A DNA stretch of 64,000 nucleotides from Salpingoeca rosetta (Eukaryota > Protista > Choanoflagellata): contig JAWQFM010000001.1 in the NCBI GenBank assembly GCA_033442325.1, forward strand, positions 2,316,973 through 2,380,972, given 5' to 3'. The translations under genes and the position numbers were made by a program. Below the pieces are notes generated by a model. The model was not told the origin of the DNA and ran no database searches. It saw nothing but the letters and a program-made list of their open reading frames with translations. Numbering within the stretch: position 1 is the stretch's first letter; every line of letters begins with the position of its first letter. Below are positions 32,828-50,107 of the stretch, piece after piece.

Positions 32828-33209
32828 GAAGCGACAGGGAGGCTGGCGGCCCTTGTGATTGTTTGCATTTACCCTTCGATGACAGAAAGCCACGTAGGCA
32901 TATGCAGATGTGTTGGTGTGTTGCCTTTGTTTTGCTGCCCATATGCTATGCTGTGCTGTTTTGTTGAAGGCGCGTGACTGTTGCTTGCACATCCCCTTCC
33001 CTTCAGGAATTACAAGGTTGTGTATTTGAACCTACTCTTGGCACTGTTGGCACAAGCAACAGCAAACTTGAGACTGGGAGAAAGCACACTGCAACGAGAC
33101 AGCACACGACAATGACACACAGACACAATGACACACAGACACACAGACACACAGACACACTCTTTCACGGCCACTGCTCAAGGATGGAATGGCTTGGACT
33201 TTGACTGGC

Positions 33210-33422
33210 CTACAGCTTCTCGCACTCGCGGAGCAGATTCAAATCGGGCGACTCAATGTGATCCTGGTGCTGGTGCATGGGATGATGACGCGGTGTAAGA
33301 CACGAGCAAGCCGAACACAAGCACGCGTGCATAGACAGACAGAGACACAGACAGAGACACAGACAGAGACACAGACACAGACACAGACACAGACACACAG
33401 ACACACACAGACACACACACAG

Positions 33423-33453
<31 letters not shown>

Positions 33454-33676
33454 AGCTGACCTTGCTCTGGATGAGCCGCAGCTCTTTGTGCCGCGCCGTC
33501 GGTGCTTCCACATGGCGACAGTACTCGTACGTGTGTTGGCACACACCCTGCACACCCCCACATCACACAGGCGACTCGTGGTGTGAGCACGCACACACTC
33601 ACTCACACTCACTCACAAAGCAACAGACATAGAGACAGACAGGCAGGCAGAGACAGACAGAGAGACAGGCAGGCAG

Positions 33677-33722
<46 letters not shown>

Positions 33723-35397
33723 GGAGGGATGCTGCTGCCTTTGCGACCGCTGTCATCGGGTCTGCAGGCGCCTCCCACGTGCGCGCGAGGATGAGCGCAG
33801 AGAGCAGGTCGCCTGATAACGCGTGCGGATATGGTGATGTGGCCGTCGACGGTCACACAACTCACGACCAAGACACACACAACACTGCCACACACGGTCA
33901 CACGGTCACACAGTCACACAGTCACACACACGCAAACACGCACATGCACACACAAACACGCACACACACACGCAAACACACACACAAGCACGCACACGCA
34001 AACACGCACACACACGCAAACACACACACACACCTACCTGTGCCGGTGAAGTAGAAATCGAACCGAGGAACAGTGAGGCGGTATCGTGTCAGCTCAGACG
34101 TCACGTCTCCGTCACCTCCATCACCGTCCGCAGTGCTTCCCTGTGCCGCTTCTGCCTGTTCCTTGCTTCGCTGTGGATGGGCACAGCCGAGCAAGGTAAT
34201 CCGCTCGCGGGTGTCGCCGTGGAAGCTGGTCAGCACGGCGTGCTTGATACCGAGTGCCAAGCACCGCTGCAGCGCCTCAAACGCCATCGCCTCAGATTTG
34301 ATGTCGCACTCTAAAATGGGGCGGCGTGTTGCGGTGTGCGTCGTGTGAACAATGGAGCGGGTGAGATGCTACATTGGACAGTAGACCAGTGGGTGATGAA
34401 CGTCCATGAGAGGAGGAGGCGCATTGCAGTTGCACAACAGGCAGGACATCGCCGAGAGCGCTGTTCAACGGACCCAAGATCATCTCCAGCTCAAACTGGT
34501 TTGGCGTGACAATGTCGGCGAGCGGTATCAACTCTGTGCGAAACACAGGAACCAAGTCTGCACCCCATGCAAACGCGACGGCACGCGGAAGCAAATGCGT
34601 GATTGAGCGACAGAAGCATCACTATCATAGACAAGCCGTCACACGGACATCGACGGGCAGCGACACACACGCCTCGACGATACACACACAACCTGCTGGG
34701 ACGTAGAGTTGGCCATGGTCTCCGAGGACTGGGTCACAATATCCGGGTTCACCTTGTTGTTGTAGTGGTGGGGAAGAGCCAATTGGTGAGCTGGCTGAGG
34801 CGGTCAGTGGATGAGCACAACATAGACTTTGCATGTACACAGACAGACAGACAGACACACACACACACACAGACACACACACGCACACACAGACACACAC
34901 ACCTCCTTGAGTTTCCGCACAATGCGCACGACAGTGGAGAGGAACTCCGCACTGCCAACATAGCCTGTGTTGGACAAGGCGCGGCCAGGGGGGAAGCAAG
35001 TTACATGCATGCATGCGCGCGTGTGCAAGCGTGTGTGTGTGTGTGTATGGCAGAAACGGAGGCATTGGATGTGCATGCACACGTGCTGTGGCGTGGTGCA
35101 ATGCCAACGCATGGCCATGTGTGTGGAAACATGGGTGCATGCTCGCAGGTGCACGAGACAACGCACCTGTGAGGATGTGGGTGTAGGAGAGAAGGTCGTT
35201 GTGCTCGAGTCCGGAGAAGAGGTCCCACAGCTCCTCGGCCGTCTGCTTTGTCCCTTTGACTTGCGAGTACCCTGCAGGCGCGAGAGTCGGGGTGAGGAGG
35301 TAGGCAAGAAGGATGAGCGGTGTGGAAGAGAGGAGATGTACGTGTGCAGAGTGTGTGGTGATGAGGAAGCCGAAGGGACAGTCGCAAACACACACAC

Positions 35398-35459
<62 letters not shown>

Positions 35460-35488
35460 AGGCACACAGGCACACACACACACACACA

Positions 35489-35541
<53 letters not shown>

Positions 35542-35672
35542 GTGTGGTTTGAGAACTGGACAGAGTTGATGGCGTCGACCTCAAAGCCAAGCACTTGGAG
35601 CGGGAAGGTCGCTGCCTTGTTCCCGACATAGCCATGCACCACATGGCTCTGAATCGACAGCACCCGTGCCAT
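33210..35672 (-). CDS. PDXK: Pyridoxal kinase, multi-exon
   Basis: [44 protein letters not shown]; YTHILTG; [14 protein letters not shown]; [12 protein letters not shown]; FTGTGD; ELRLIQSK|DHIESP; stop at 33210-33212. Confidence 0.95.
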
Positions 35673-36135
35673 GCCGTGTTGTGAGTGTGGTGGTGTGTCA
35701 GCGCGCAATAATTGGCGTCTGTTGTTGTTTGTGTTTGTTGTGCATGCACTCTGATGATGATGATGTCAGTGAACGTGGTGCTGTTGTTGTTGCTGGTTGC
35801 TGTTGTTGTGATTGGTTCCAGCACCCAGCACGCAGCAGCAGCGGCACCAACGGCCGCTTGTCCATGCCAGGTGCGTACGTTGCCGGAGGGGAGGCGGGTC
35901 ATGTGGTTGCTACACTGTTGCTGCACGCTTGCTCGCCATTTCAGTCATCACCACTCCACTGTGCGCGTGTGTTGTGTGTTGTGTGTAGGATGCGAGTCTG
36001 TGCAAGCCAATCCAAGGACAGCGGCCGGAGATCTTCGGCTTCACCGCCCAGTACTGGAGACAGTAAGCACACACACACACACACACACACACACATCCGC
36101 ACGGCTGCACATAAACACACGTACACATAAACACA

Positions 36136-36188
<53 letters not shown>

Positions 36189-36258
36189 TTTCATTCACAC
36201 ATACGCACACACCCAACACACACTCACTCATCATTTCATTCCAGGTTCAACTTCTCCC

Positions 36259-36598
36259 TGCTTGCATCTCCACCCCAGAGTGGAAGGCGTGGACAGCCTC
36301 GCTCACGTCCTGGATCTCTGCCTGGAACGACTTCATGAACGCTGGCGGCATCACCCCGTGTGCCGACTACAACGACACTGCTGACGAGGTTGACAGCTTC
36401 ATTGACAGCATGCTGTCGTGGTACCGCGAGCTGCTGGCTGAGCGCCTGGACATGTACGAGCGTGCATTTGACCAGCTCGACGTCGACATTGAGACGGCGC
36501 GCCAGAACTGCGAGGAGGCGCACGACGATCAGGACCTGCTCATCTCATCCCAGCTGGATGACATTGAGGCCCAGATTGACGCCATCTGCAACCCTTGA
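36259..36598 (+). pseudogene. Orphan copy of the collagen C-terminal domain
   Basis: CISTPEWKAW...IDAICNP* (E>K versus the intact gene) with no upstream collagen exons. Confidence 0.75.
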
Positions 36599-37215
36599 GC
36601 TGGCTGCTTGGTGGTGGTGATGATGCGACGGTGATTTGCCGTGGCCATGTACAGCCACAGCTGTGCTTAGGCTCATTCAGCGGTTTACTGTCGTTTGTCC
36701 TCCCTCCCTCCTCTTCCCCCGTCTTTTCTGTTTACCTTTTCTTCTCCTCTTCCCCTCTTTCTTTGTCCTTGTCCCTTGTGATGTGCTTCCTACCAGTTTT
36801 GCACGGCCTTCGAGCTACCGTGGTGCAGCACAAGACACACATGTGCGTGCGATTTCCATTTGTCTTGCCAGCAGCACTGGCAGTTTGTCTTGTCTAGCTG
36901 GTGTTTTGAGGCGGTGTGTTGCTTGAATTTGGGTGTCTCATTGCTGCCGCTGCTTGATGCTTGTGCGATTGTTGTTTCTGTGTTTGTGCTTCCATCTCTG
37001 TCAACCCTTTCTTCCTACCTCAACCATACACACGCTCACATTGTAACACGTCCCAACACTTGAGTGCTTTAATTGTGACATTCGTGCATGTGGTGGTGAT
37101 GGTGTGTGACGTGAATCATCCAGCGTGCATGGGTCAAACACAGCAGAGGTTCGAGGGCAAAACAAAAGTGGCCTGGGGGGAAAGTGAACCAATGAGCCGT
37201 GCACAACCGAAGCAC

Positions 37216-37260
37216 ATCAGCTGAGGCCGGCAACACAGTGCTTTACGGCAACAGCATCAC
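37216..37260 (-). promoter_or_regulatory. SECIS element (type II, GUGA variant) in the MsrA 3' UTR
   Basis: Minus strand reads GUGAU-GCUGUUGCCG-U-AAA-GCA(CUGUGU)UGC-CGGCCUCAGC-UGAU: UGAN/NGAN quartet, helix II with 8/10 pairs, unpaired AAA and a mini helix III; about 220 nt after the stop. Confidence 0.85.
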
Positions 37261-37483
37261 AAAGCATGGACAAAACAATCACCCATTCAATGCCAGCATA
37301 CACTCGCGCATGCTGCTGAGATGTAACGTGGTCGCATTGGTACAGAACATGAAAAAGCAGAAGGCACAACAAAGGTTGTGTGTAAGTGTGTGTGTATGTG
37401 TGTGTGTGTGTATGTGTGTGAGCGGTCATCGTAGTAATGACGCGCAGGCGTGCGGCGTGGGCTTGATCGGCGGCACCACGCAA

Positions 37484-37819
37484 TCAAAGAGAGTTTCCGT
37501 GCTCAGTAGAGGGGCCGAGCAGGGAGCGGTCCAAGTATTTCTGTCCATGCAGGCAAGGCAGGCACGACCAAACGAGCAGTAGCAGCGGCGACAGCGGCGA
37601 CAGCATTCAAGTGAGGGCAAGTGAGAGACGTAGAAGAACGCAAACAAGAGAAGGAGAAGGAGCCGAAGAAGAGGAGGAAGAAGAACAAGAACAAGAACAA
37701 GAACAACCACAGCAGCAGCAGCAACAACAACAAGAAAAACAAGAACAACAAGAACAACAAGAACAACAACAACAACAAGAACAACAACAACAACAAGAAC
37801 AACAACAACAACAAGAAAC

Positions 37820-37883
<64 letters not shown>

Positions 37884-38804
37884 CCAACTGCTGTCGCACC
37901 TGGTGGTAGTCCTCTGCGAGGTAGAAGGGGCCAAGTGGAGCGACGTGTGTCGCAATCTTGCGCCCGCGATAGCGAGCCTTCTTCTCCTCGGCCTCAATTG
38001 CCTTGAGAATGGCCTGCTTCTGGTCTTCTGTCTGGTACCACAACGCGCTCTGATACTGGCGGCTGGACTTGCGTGACGCGTCATGCTGCACCCTGTTCAA
38101 ACCGAGTTTCATGCAAGCAAACAAGACAGGCAGGACAGCAATGTTGTTACATGACGGGCTGTTACATGACACTAACTAACACCACCAACAAGAAGAAAAA
38201 AATTGAAATGCGCAGGCAAGCAAGCAAGTGGTACGTCGTTGACCGTGGAGTGCAGACAAACCAAAGAGGTGATCCAAACCAAGGGCGTGTCATCACACCA
38301 ATGTGTTACATTTGTTAATCCACTCACTCAGACACACACACACATATACACACATACACACACACATACACACAGACACACAGAGAAAGACAGCATGCAC
38401 ACCACCCCAATCACCACCACCATCACCACCAATCAATAACAGCGACGCATGCACACCACCACAATCACCACCACCAACAACCACCAACCAACAACAGCGA
38501 CGCAAGCGCACCAGAACTTGTCGAGGAGCTGTTCGAATGTGACGACCTTGGGGTCGAATTCAATCTGCACAGCCTCTGTGTGATCTCCGAGGCTGTAGTA
38601 GGTGGGGTTGCTCTTGTGCCCACCCGTGTACCCGACGCGAGTTCGCAACACCCCAGGCATTGTTGCAAAGGCCACGTCGGGTCCCCAAAATCAGCCAAGC
38701 GCAAACGTCGCCGTCTGCAGCTTGTCCGAGGGTGTTTTCACTTCAATCAACGGGCACCCCGTTGACGAGCCTCCAGAGTTCTCCAGGCTCATGATGCACC
38801 CCAT
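37484..38804 (-). CDS. MSRA: Methionine-S-sulfoxide reductase A, selenocysteine form (3 exons)
   Basis: QTATFALG-[TGA 38691-38693]-FWGPD..GVLRTRVGYTGG..PTYYSLGDHTEAVQIEFDP..LLDKFW|..QYQSALWY..FYLAEDYHQ|KYL. The TGA sits exactly at the catalytic Cys of GCFW. Confidence 0.93.
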
Positions 38805-39930
38805 CAGCACAACAACACAGCACAGACAGAAGGACAAGGAAGGAAGGAAGGAAAGAAGGAAGGAAGGTGGTGGGTGTTGTGAGAAGAGAAGTGCGTGTGT
38901 GGAGGAAGAAGAAACAGCGACAAGCAGACAGCAAAGCAAAGCAAAGCAAAGCAAAGCGAGCTGAGCTGGCCTGTTTGCTTGCTTGCTTGTGCGTTTTGTC
39001 TGCGCAACCGATTTTTTCCGTCCCATTCATTCATTCGCCACCTTCGCTGATTGCTTCGAGCCTGTTTTCAAATTCGGCACTTCGGTGCGTGTTTCGAAAC
39101 ATGCGTGCGTGGCGTGCGCGCTTCGTGCTTCGCGCAGTGACTGCTGTGGTTGCTGTGCGGCTCGATCACGCGCTGGCCGTGGCACTGGTGATGCCGCATG
39201 GCGCACATCCACAGCTGCTGTTCCCAGGACGGAAGCTTGGCGACTCGTGTAGTACGTTGGAGACAGCGCTGCGCCACGGCTCGTCTCTGTCGCGAGCGAC
39301 GTGCCTGCGTTCTTCCTTTCTTCCGTTGTTGCAAAGCGACGCAGGCGCAACCCCTCTCCCACCCACACGGTATCGCTCAAGCAACAAATCGCCGCACTTG
39401 CACTCTGCGTGCCGTTCAACTCCGTCCATCTTTCGTGCCAGCCCAGCCAGCGCTCTGCTGCCCCCGACGCAAGCACCACCATCCGAAAACACCACCACCA
39501 CCACCACCACCACCAGCAGGAGGGAGGGTTTCAGCGGCGATCTGAGGTGCAGCAGCAGCAGCAGCAGCAGCAATACAAGTTGAAATCAGCGGCACCTGCA
39601 GCACGGCAGTACCTTGGCTGACTCTGGGTAAGCTTTCTCCCTCCCCCTCTTGACCTCATCCCTCACGCACTCCAAACAAACACAAAGCGCGTCATTTTGA
39701 GTTGTGAATGCACGAGATCCCTTGACAGACACGACGCCTTTCTTCCCTGTTTGTTTGATGATTACCATCGCCATCGTCAGTGACACCAACCCTCTTTGAC
39801 TCAAATCGCTGCTGTTTCACGCACAGCACACTCGCTCGCACTCAACCAAACATTTTGTCTCACCCTTTCCCTCTCCTTTCCCCCTCCTCTCCTCTCCTCT
39901 CTCTGTCTCTCCCTCTCCCTCTCCCACTTC

Positions 39931-39985
<55 letters not shown>

Positions 39986-40079
39986 ATACGCATACGCATA
40001 CAAACACATACTCACACACTTCTGTGTCTCCATATCTGTGCGTCCATCAAGGCCATCTGCTTGTCCCACTCGTCTCGAG

Positions 40080-45601
<5,522 letters not shown>

Positions 45602-45744
45602 CTGATCGTACATGGTTGCCGTGATGTCGTGCTGCTTGTTGTTGATGTTGGTGGTGTGTTGTTCCGTGCTATGTGTGTTGTACTGTGCTGTGTGTGGTGT
45701 TGTGTGTGCTCGTTCTTCGTTGTTGAGAGTATGTGCTTTTGCCA

Positions 45745-45776
<32 letters not shown>

Positions 45777-46034
45777 GACGGCACTCCTGCATTCATTCTC
45801 ACTCCCTCCTCCTCCATCACTTTGCATAAATCTTTGTGCCCGATCGATGCTCACCCAATCACTCCGTGTCTGCTGCCCCACATTACTTGACTGCAGCTGC
45901 GTGCCTGGTTCTCGCCATGGTGACTGCTATTGCTCGGAAGCGCTCACCAGACGCATCCGGCACAGCCGATTGGACCCTGCCCTCCACCGGCCGCTCCTAT
46001 TCGCTGGCCTCCTGAAGTTGTGCTTCATTGTCTG

Positions 46035-46091
<57 letters not shown>

Positions 46092-46669
46092 TGTGTGTGT
46101 GTGTGTGTGTGTCTGTGTGTGTGTGTTGTGCACGTGCGTATACCCTGTGTGCATATGTGCGCATGTTTCTGTGCACATCCTAGCTTTTGTGTATACGTGT
46201 GTTTCAGTGTGCGTTGCATTGTAGCGTGTTGGTGCGTCGCACATGCGCCCCTACTATCATGCGTCCCTTTTCATTTCCCAGTGCCCCACATCACATCTAC
46301 CCCCCCCTTCCCTTCTTCACTCATAGCTATTATTGGTTGCCCCACCCCCTTCCCCTCTCTGTTGGTTCTCACAATGTGTGCTTGACAACAACGTCAACAG
46401 CAGCAGTCGTTGTGTTGGTTCATTAATGGCTGACTGAAGTTGCGACTGTATAAACACCTTGTACACACGTCACAAGCGGGTCACCCCCAAACGGCCGCCG
46501 GGTCATATGCCCACCACCCCCTCCTCCTCCTCCTCACACACGCGCAGGCACGCGCTTCCGCCCGTGCGCTTACATACAGATGCTGGATCACAATCACCAC
46601 CACACCGCAACCACAACCACAGCCACCACCAACCACATCTGCAAATGAGAGCCACTGCTATTGCTGTTG

Positions 46670-47941
46670 TTATTGCTGTTGTTGTTCTGCTTCGTCGTAG
46701 ACAAAGCTGTGCGACTTCCACTTCTCCCTGTTCTTGTTCTTCGACAGTGTGGAGTGGGAGGATATGTGCTGGGCGAGGTTTGGGATGAGCTCAAAGTTCC
46801 TCAGCCTGAGCATGGCGCCAAAGTATCCTGGGATGAGCCAGTCCACGGGCCGCTCGAGCTTGTTCTCAAGCAAAAAGTCTGCGAGCCCAGGCACGTGCTT
46901 GCGGTGCATGAGCAGGGCCACTGCACCGTGCCGCCCGTCCCCGCCGTGGAACCAGCCCTCGTCGTCCTTGGCCGTGAGCTCGCGCCACGGCGCTGGCGGG
47001 GGCGGGTTCAGCCCGCTGTACAGCGACACGTACCCAAAGTCCTGCGTGGGCAAGGCGCTGATGCGGTTGAACATCTTGGTGGTGAAGTTCTTGGCCGGCG
47101 ACGCGTCGTCCTCCAGCAGCAGCACGTGCGTGACATTGAACTCTGCGCACCGCTTGAGGGTCATGGCAAAGTCGGCGACCTGGCGCGATCGCCACCGCAC
47201 GCGGTCAATCGGATCGCCGAGGGTCAGCTTGATGTCCGGTGCGTTGAGGTCCTTCCAGCCAACCGTGTCCACCTCCACCACAAAGCCGAGCTGCCGCGCA
47301 TACTGTCGCTGCTGGACGTTGTTGCGGGCAGAGTATGCCTGGCGAAGCACGACCCTGTCCTTGTGGCCGTCAATCTCTTCCCGGAGGGATTTGAGGCGGG
47401 AGAGGATGAGGTCCATGGGTGCGCCGGGGCGGGCAGCCGAGGGCACGGCAATGCACAGTCTGCGCGGATCCCGCTCGCTGATGGAATGGCTGAATGCGTC
47501 GTCGTCGTCCTCCGACTCTGCCGGTGCAGCCTTGGCGGGTTGATCTTGCTGCTGCTGGCCTTGCGCATGCTGGGGCCCTCCTTGGTGCTGTTGGTGTTGC
47601 TCGATGTTGTGCTTGAGTTGTTCTTGCTGGACAGCCTGGTCATCCAAGGCGGCACTGAGGGCCTTGAAGGCGCCCTGGAGTTGTTGCACCATATGTGTGA
47701 GCTGATCCACGCTCTGGCCTAGAGCGTCGTCAACATCTCCCCGCGCACCGCGTGCGCCGTGTGCACTGGCATCACTGCCGGCGACGAGCGCTGCGCCTCC
47801 AGTCTGTTGCGAGTACTGTAGGGTGGTCTGTAGCTGCTTCACCGTATCGCTCATGGCGTTGAGGCGCGCCTGCATCACAAGCAGCACGATGACGATCATC
47901 GCCGCCACGGCAGCCACCACAACCCCTTGCAATCGCGCCAT
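46670..47941 (-). CDS. Intronless type II membrane glycosyltransferase, MGAT4/GT54-like
   Basis: N-terminal signal-anchor and coiled stem; LCIAVPSAAR, WRSRQVADF, VLLLEDD, PVDWL and PNLAQHISSHSTL parallel MGAT4 motifs (IGIPTVxR, WRxKQNLD, QLEDD, PIDWL, PSLFQHVGxHSSL). Confidence 0.75.
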   Translation of the reverse strand: MARLQGVVVAAVAAMIVIVLLVMQARLNAMSDTVKQLQTTLQYSQQTGGAALVAGSDASAHGARGARGDVDDALGQSVDQLTHMVQQLQGAFKALSAALDDQAVQQEQLKHNIEQHQQHQGGPQHAQGQQQQDQPAKAAPAESEDDDDAFSHSISERDPRRLCIAVPSAARPGAPMDLILSRLKSLREEIDGHKDRVVLRQAYSARNNVQQRQYARQLGFVVEVDTVGWKDLNAPDIKLTLGDPIDRVRWRSRQVADFAMTLKRCAEFNVTHVLLLEDDASPAKNFTTKMFNRISALPTQDFGYVSLYSGLNPPPPAPWRELTAKDDEGWFHGGDGRHGAVALLMHRKHVPGLADFLLENKLERPVDWLIPGYFGAMLRLRNFELIPNLAQHISSHSTLSKNKNREKWKSHSFVYDEAEQQQQ

Positions 47942-48446
47942 GCGTGCGTGCTTTGCTGACGATGGTGGTGGGTGTGCGTGTCAAACGCTGATGGATGGAT
48001 GGATGGGGATGGATGGATGGATGGACGGGCGAATGCGATGCGATGTGATGTTCGTTGGGTTGATGTGACGACATGTACTGGTTGAATGATGATGGTGGTT
48101 GATGGTTGCTGTTCGAGGTGTGACGGCAGCCAGAGAAGAAGGCGGATTGAGCCTTCACTGTGGTCTTTGCTTACGAGAGAGCGACAAGTGGGTGGAAGGG
48201 ATGGGAGACAGGGAAGGATAGGCGAGGAAGAGGAGTGGTGTATATCCAGCGCTGACAACTGCAGCGTGTGCGTGCGTGCGTGGTTTGCTGGCAACGGAAA
48301 AGGGTTTTTTGTGCTGTTCAGACTTCTTCTTTAATTGACAGTCATCATGTTTGATGATGGATGGATGGATGCAATGCATGTATGTTGGGGGTTCCTTCCT
48401 GCTTGCTTCTTGCTTGCTTGCCTGCTTGCCTTCACGTCAACATGTG

Positions 48447-49007
48447 TCACTCAAACTCTGGGTTTGCCTTGAGCCACCTCTTGTACTGCTTGTACTTGGC
48501 TGCGTGTGGGCACAGGACAAAGTGTTGGACGGGGAACGCGGGGGGGGGGGGATGAGGGCGACGTGTGGAATGGTTTGAGTGTGTTGAGTGTTGATGATGT
48601 TGAGTGGAGTTTGGGTGTGCGATAAGTGTGTTGAGCGTCTCGAGTGTGCAGTTGCGGATGCTAGCACAACAGCACAGTGCAGTGACAGATGATGGTACAG
48701 CAGCACAGGACAAGGTACAGATGCTGGTACAACGGAACAGTGCAGTGTACAAGTGCAAGGGGTGAACGTACTGCTCTTCAGAAGGCGCCGTCGCTCCTCC
48801 ATCTCCTGGTTCTGCTGGTATTTTTTTGCCTTGGCCGCATCCCAGCAATGCTGCGCCCACACCTCCGCCCGAAACCCGGGGTTGGACTCGCACAGGTACT
48901 ACCATGCCACAAACGCACGTGTCAGCATATGCGTGAGCGCTCAAACGTGTGTGCATGCGAGCATGTGTGTATGCATTCATGTAGGGTGGACTGGGCTCAC
49001 GCCTGCT

Positions 49008-49056
<49 letters not shown>

Positions 49057-49524
49057 TGCACGCGGCTGCCTCACCTCATACTTCCCCTGAGAGAGCCCCA
49101 GGTTGCGTCGGATGAGGTATTCCTTGTCTTCCTCCGTCGGCTCTTCTCGCTTGAACGTCAGGCGGTAATGCCAGCTCACTACCCACGCAACATACTGCGC
49201 AATCGTGTATGGCCTTGGAGCAGATGTTGTCGTGCGTGTTGGGCAGCATCGCAGCGAGTCAGCACATGGGGCAAACGAGAGCGGGGAGATGGGGGGGGGG
49301 GTTACGATGAGAACACAGATGCGCGCGTTTTAATACAAACGCAATCATAAACAACGTTATGCACCTCAACAACTCCCAACATGGCAACTAACAGCATGAC
49401 GATGCGGCAGGCGAGCAAGCTCTGTATCGAGGGTGGGCCGTAGTCGCCGCGCAGATCAACCATCTCTAGTACCGCAGCACTCACAAGCGCCTCCTTATCC
49501 GCCTGGCATCATGTACACGAACAC

Positions 49525-49571
<47 letters not shown>

Positions 49572-49897
49572 CACACACACGCACACACACACACACGCAC
49601 ACACACACACGCGTGTACACCCGCAGGGTGTAGTCAGTCCCGAGAAGCGGCCAAGAAGAGAGAGGGGGGAATGTGTGCGCAGCGCATGCCTCGAATCCCA
49701 CAAACACACGCACACACACACACAACGAAGCACGGAGCGTCGACTGACCTTTGACTTTGCCTGCTTCCACCGGCCATCATCCAAGACAACCCGCTTTGCT
49801 TTTCGACGCAAGTGCTCGTTCTGTGTCGCCAGATCCTTCATCGTCGCATGGTATCGCCACTGGTTAAAATACTGGAGTTTGGTGCGATTTTGCGTAC

Positions 49898-49928
<31 letters not shown>

Positions 49929-50024
49929 TATTCATGTGTGCGTGTGTGTGTGTGTGTTTATGTGTGCGTGTGTGGGGGGAGGGAACCGGTACATGTAAGA
50001 TTTCTGCTTTCAGAGGCATGACGC

Positions 50025-50107
<83 letters not shown>

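Larger units (their letters stand above)
36259..37691 (+). repeat. Direct duplication copy B (1.43 kb): orphan collagen 3' end plus the functional MsrA 3' end
   Basis: Matches 28740-30169 with a few substitutions and indels, mostly near the right end. Confidence 0.97.

Noticed and set aside
38691-38693. MsrA as a nonsense pseudogene
   Set aside because: The stop is TGA at the catalytic position, downstream motifs are intact, and a SECIS is present.
38867-39620. ORFs between MsrA and the mucin gene
   Set aside because: Low complexity with no motifs; probably promoter or UTR sequence.
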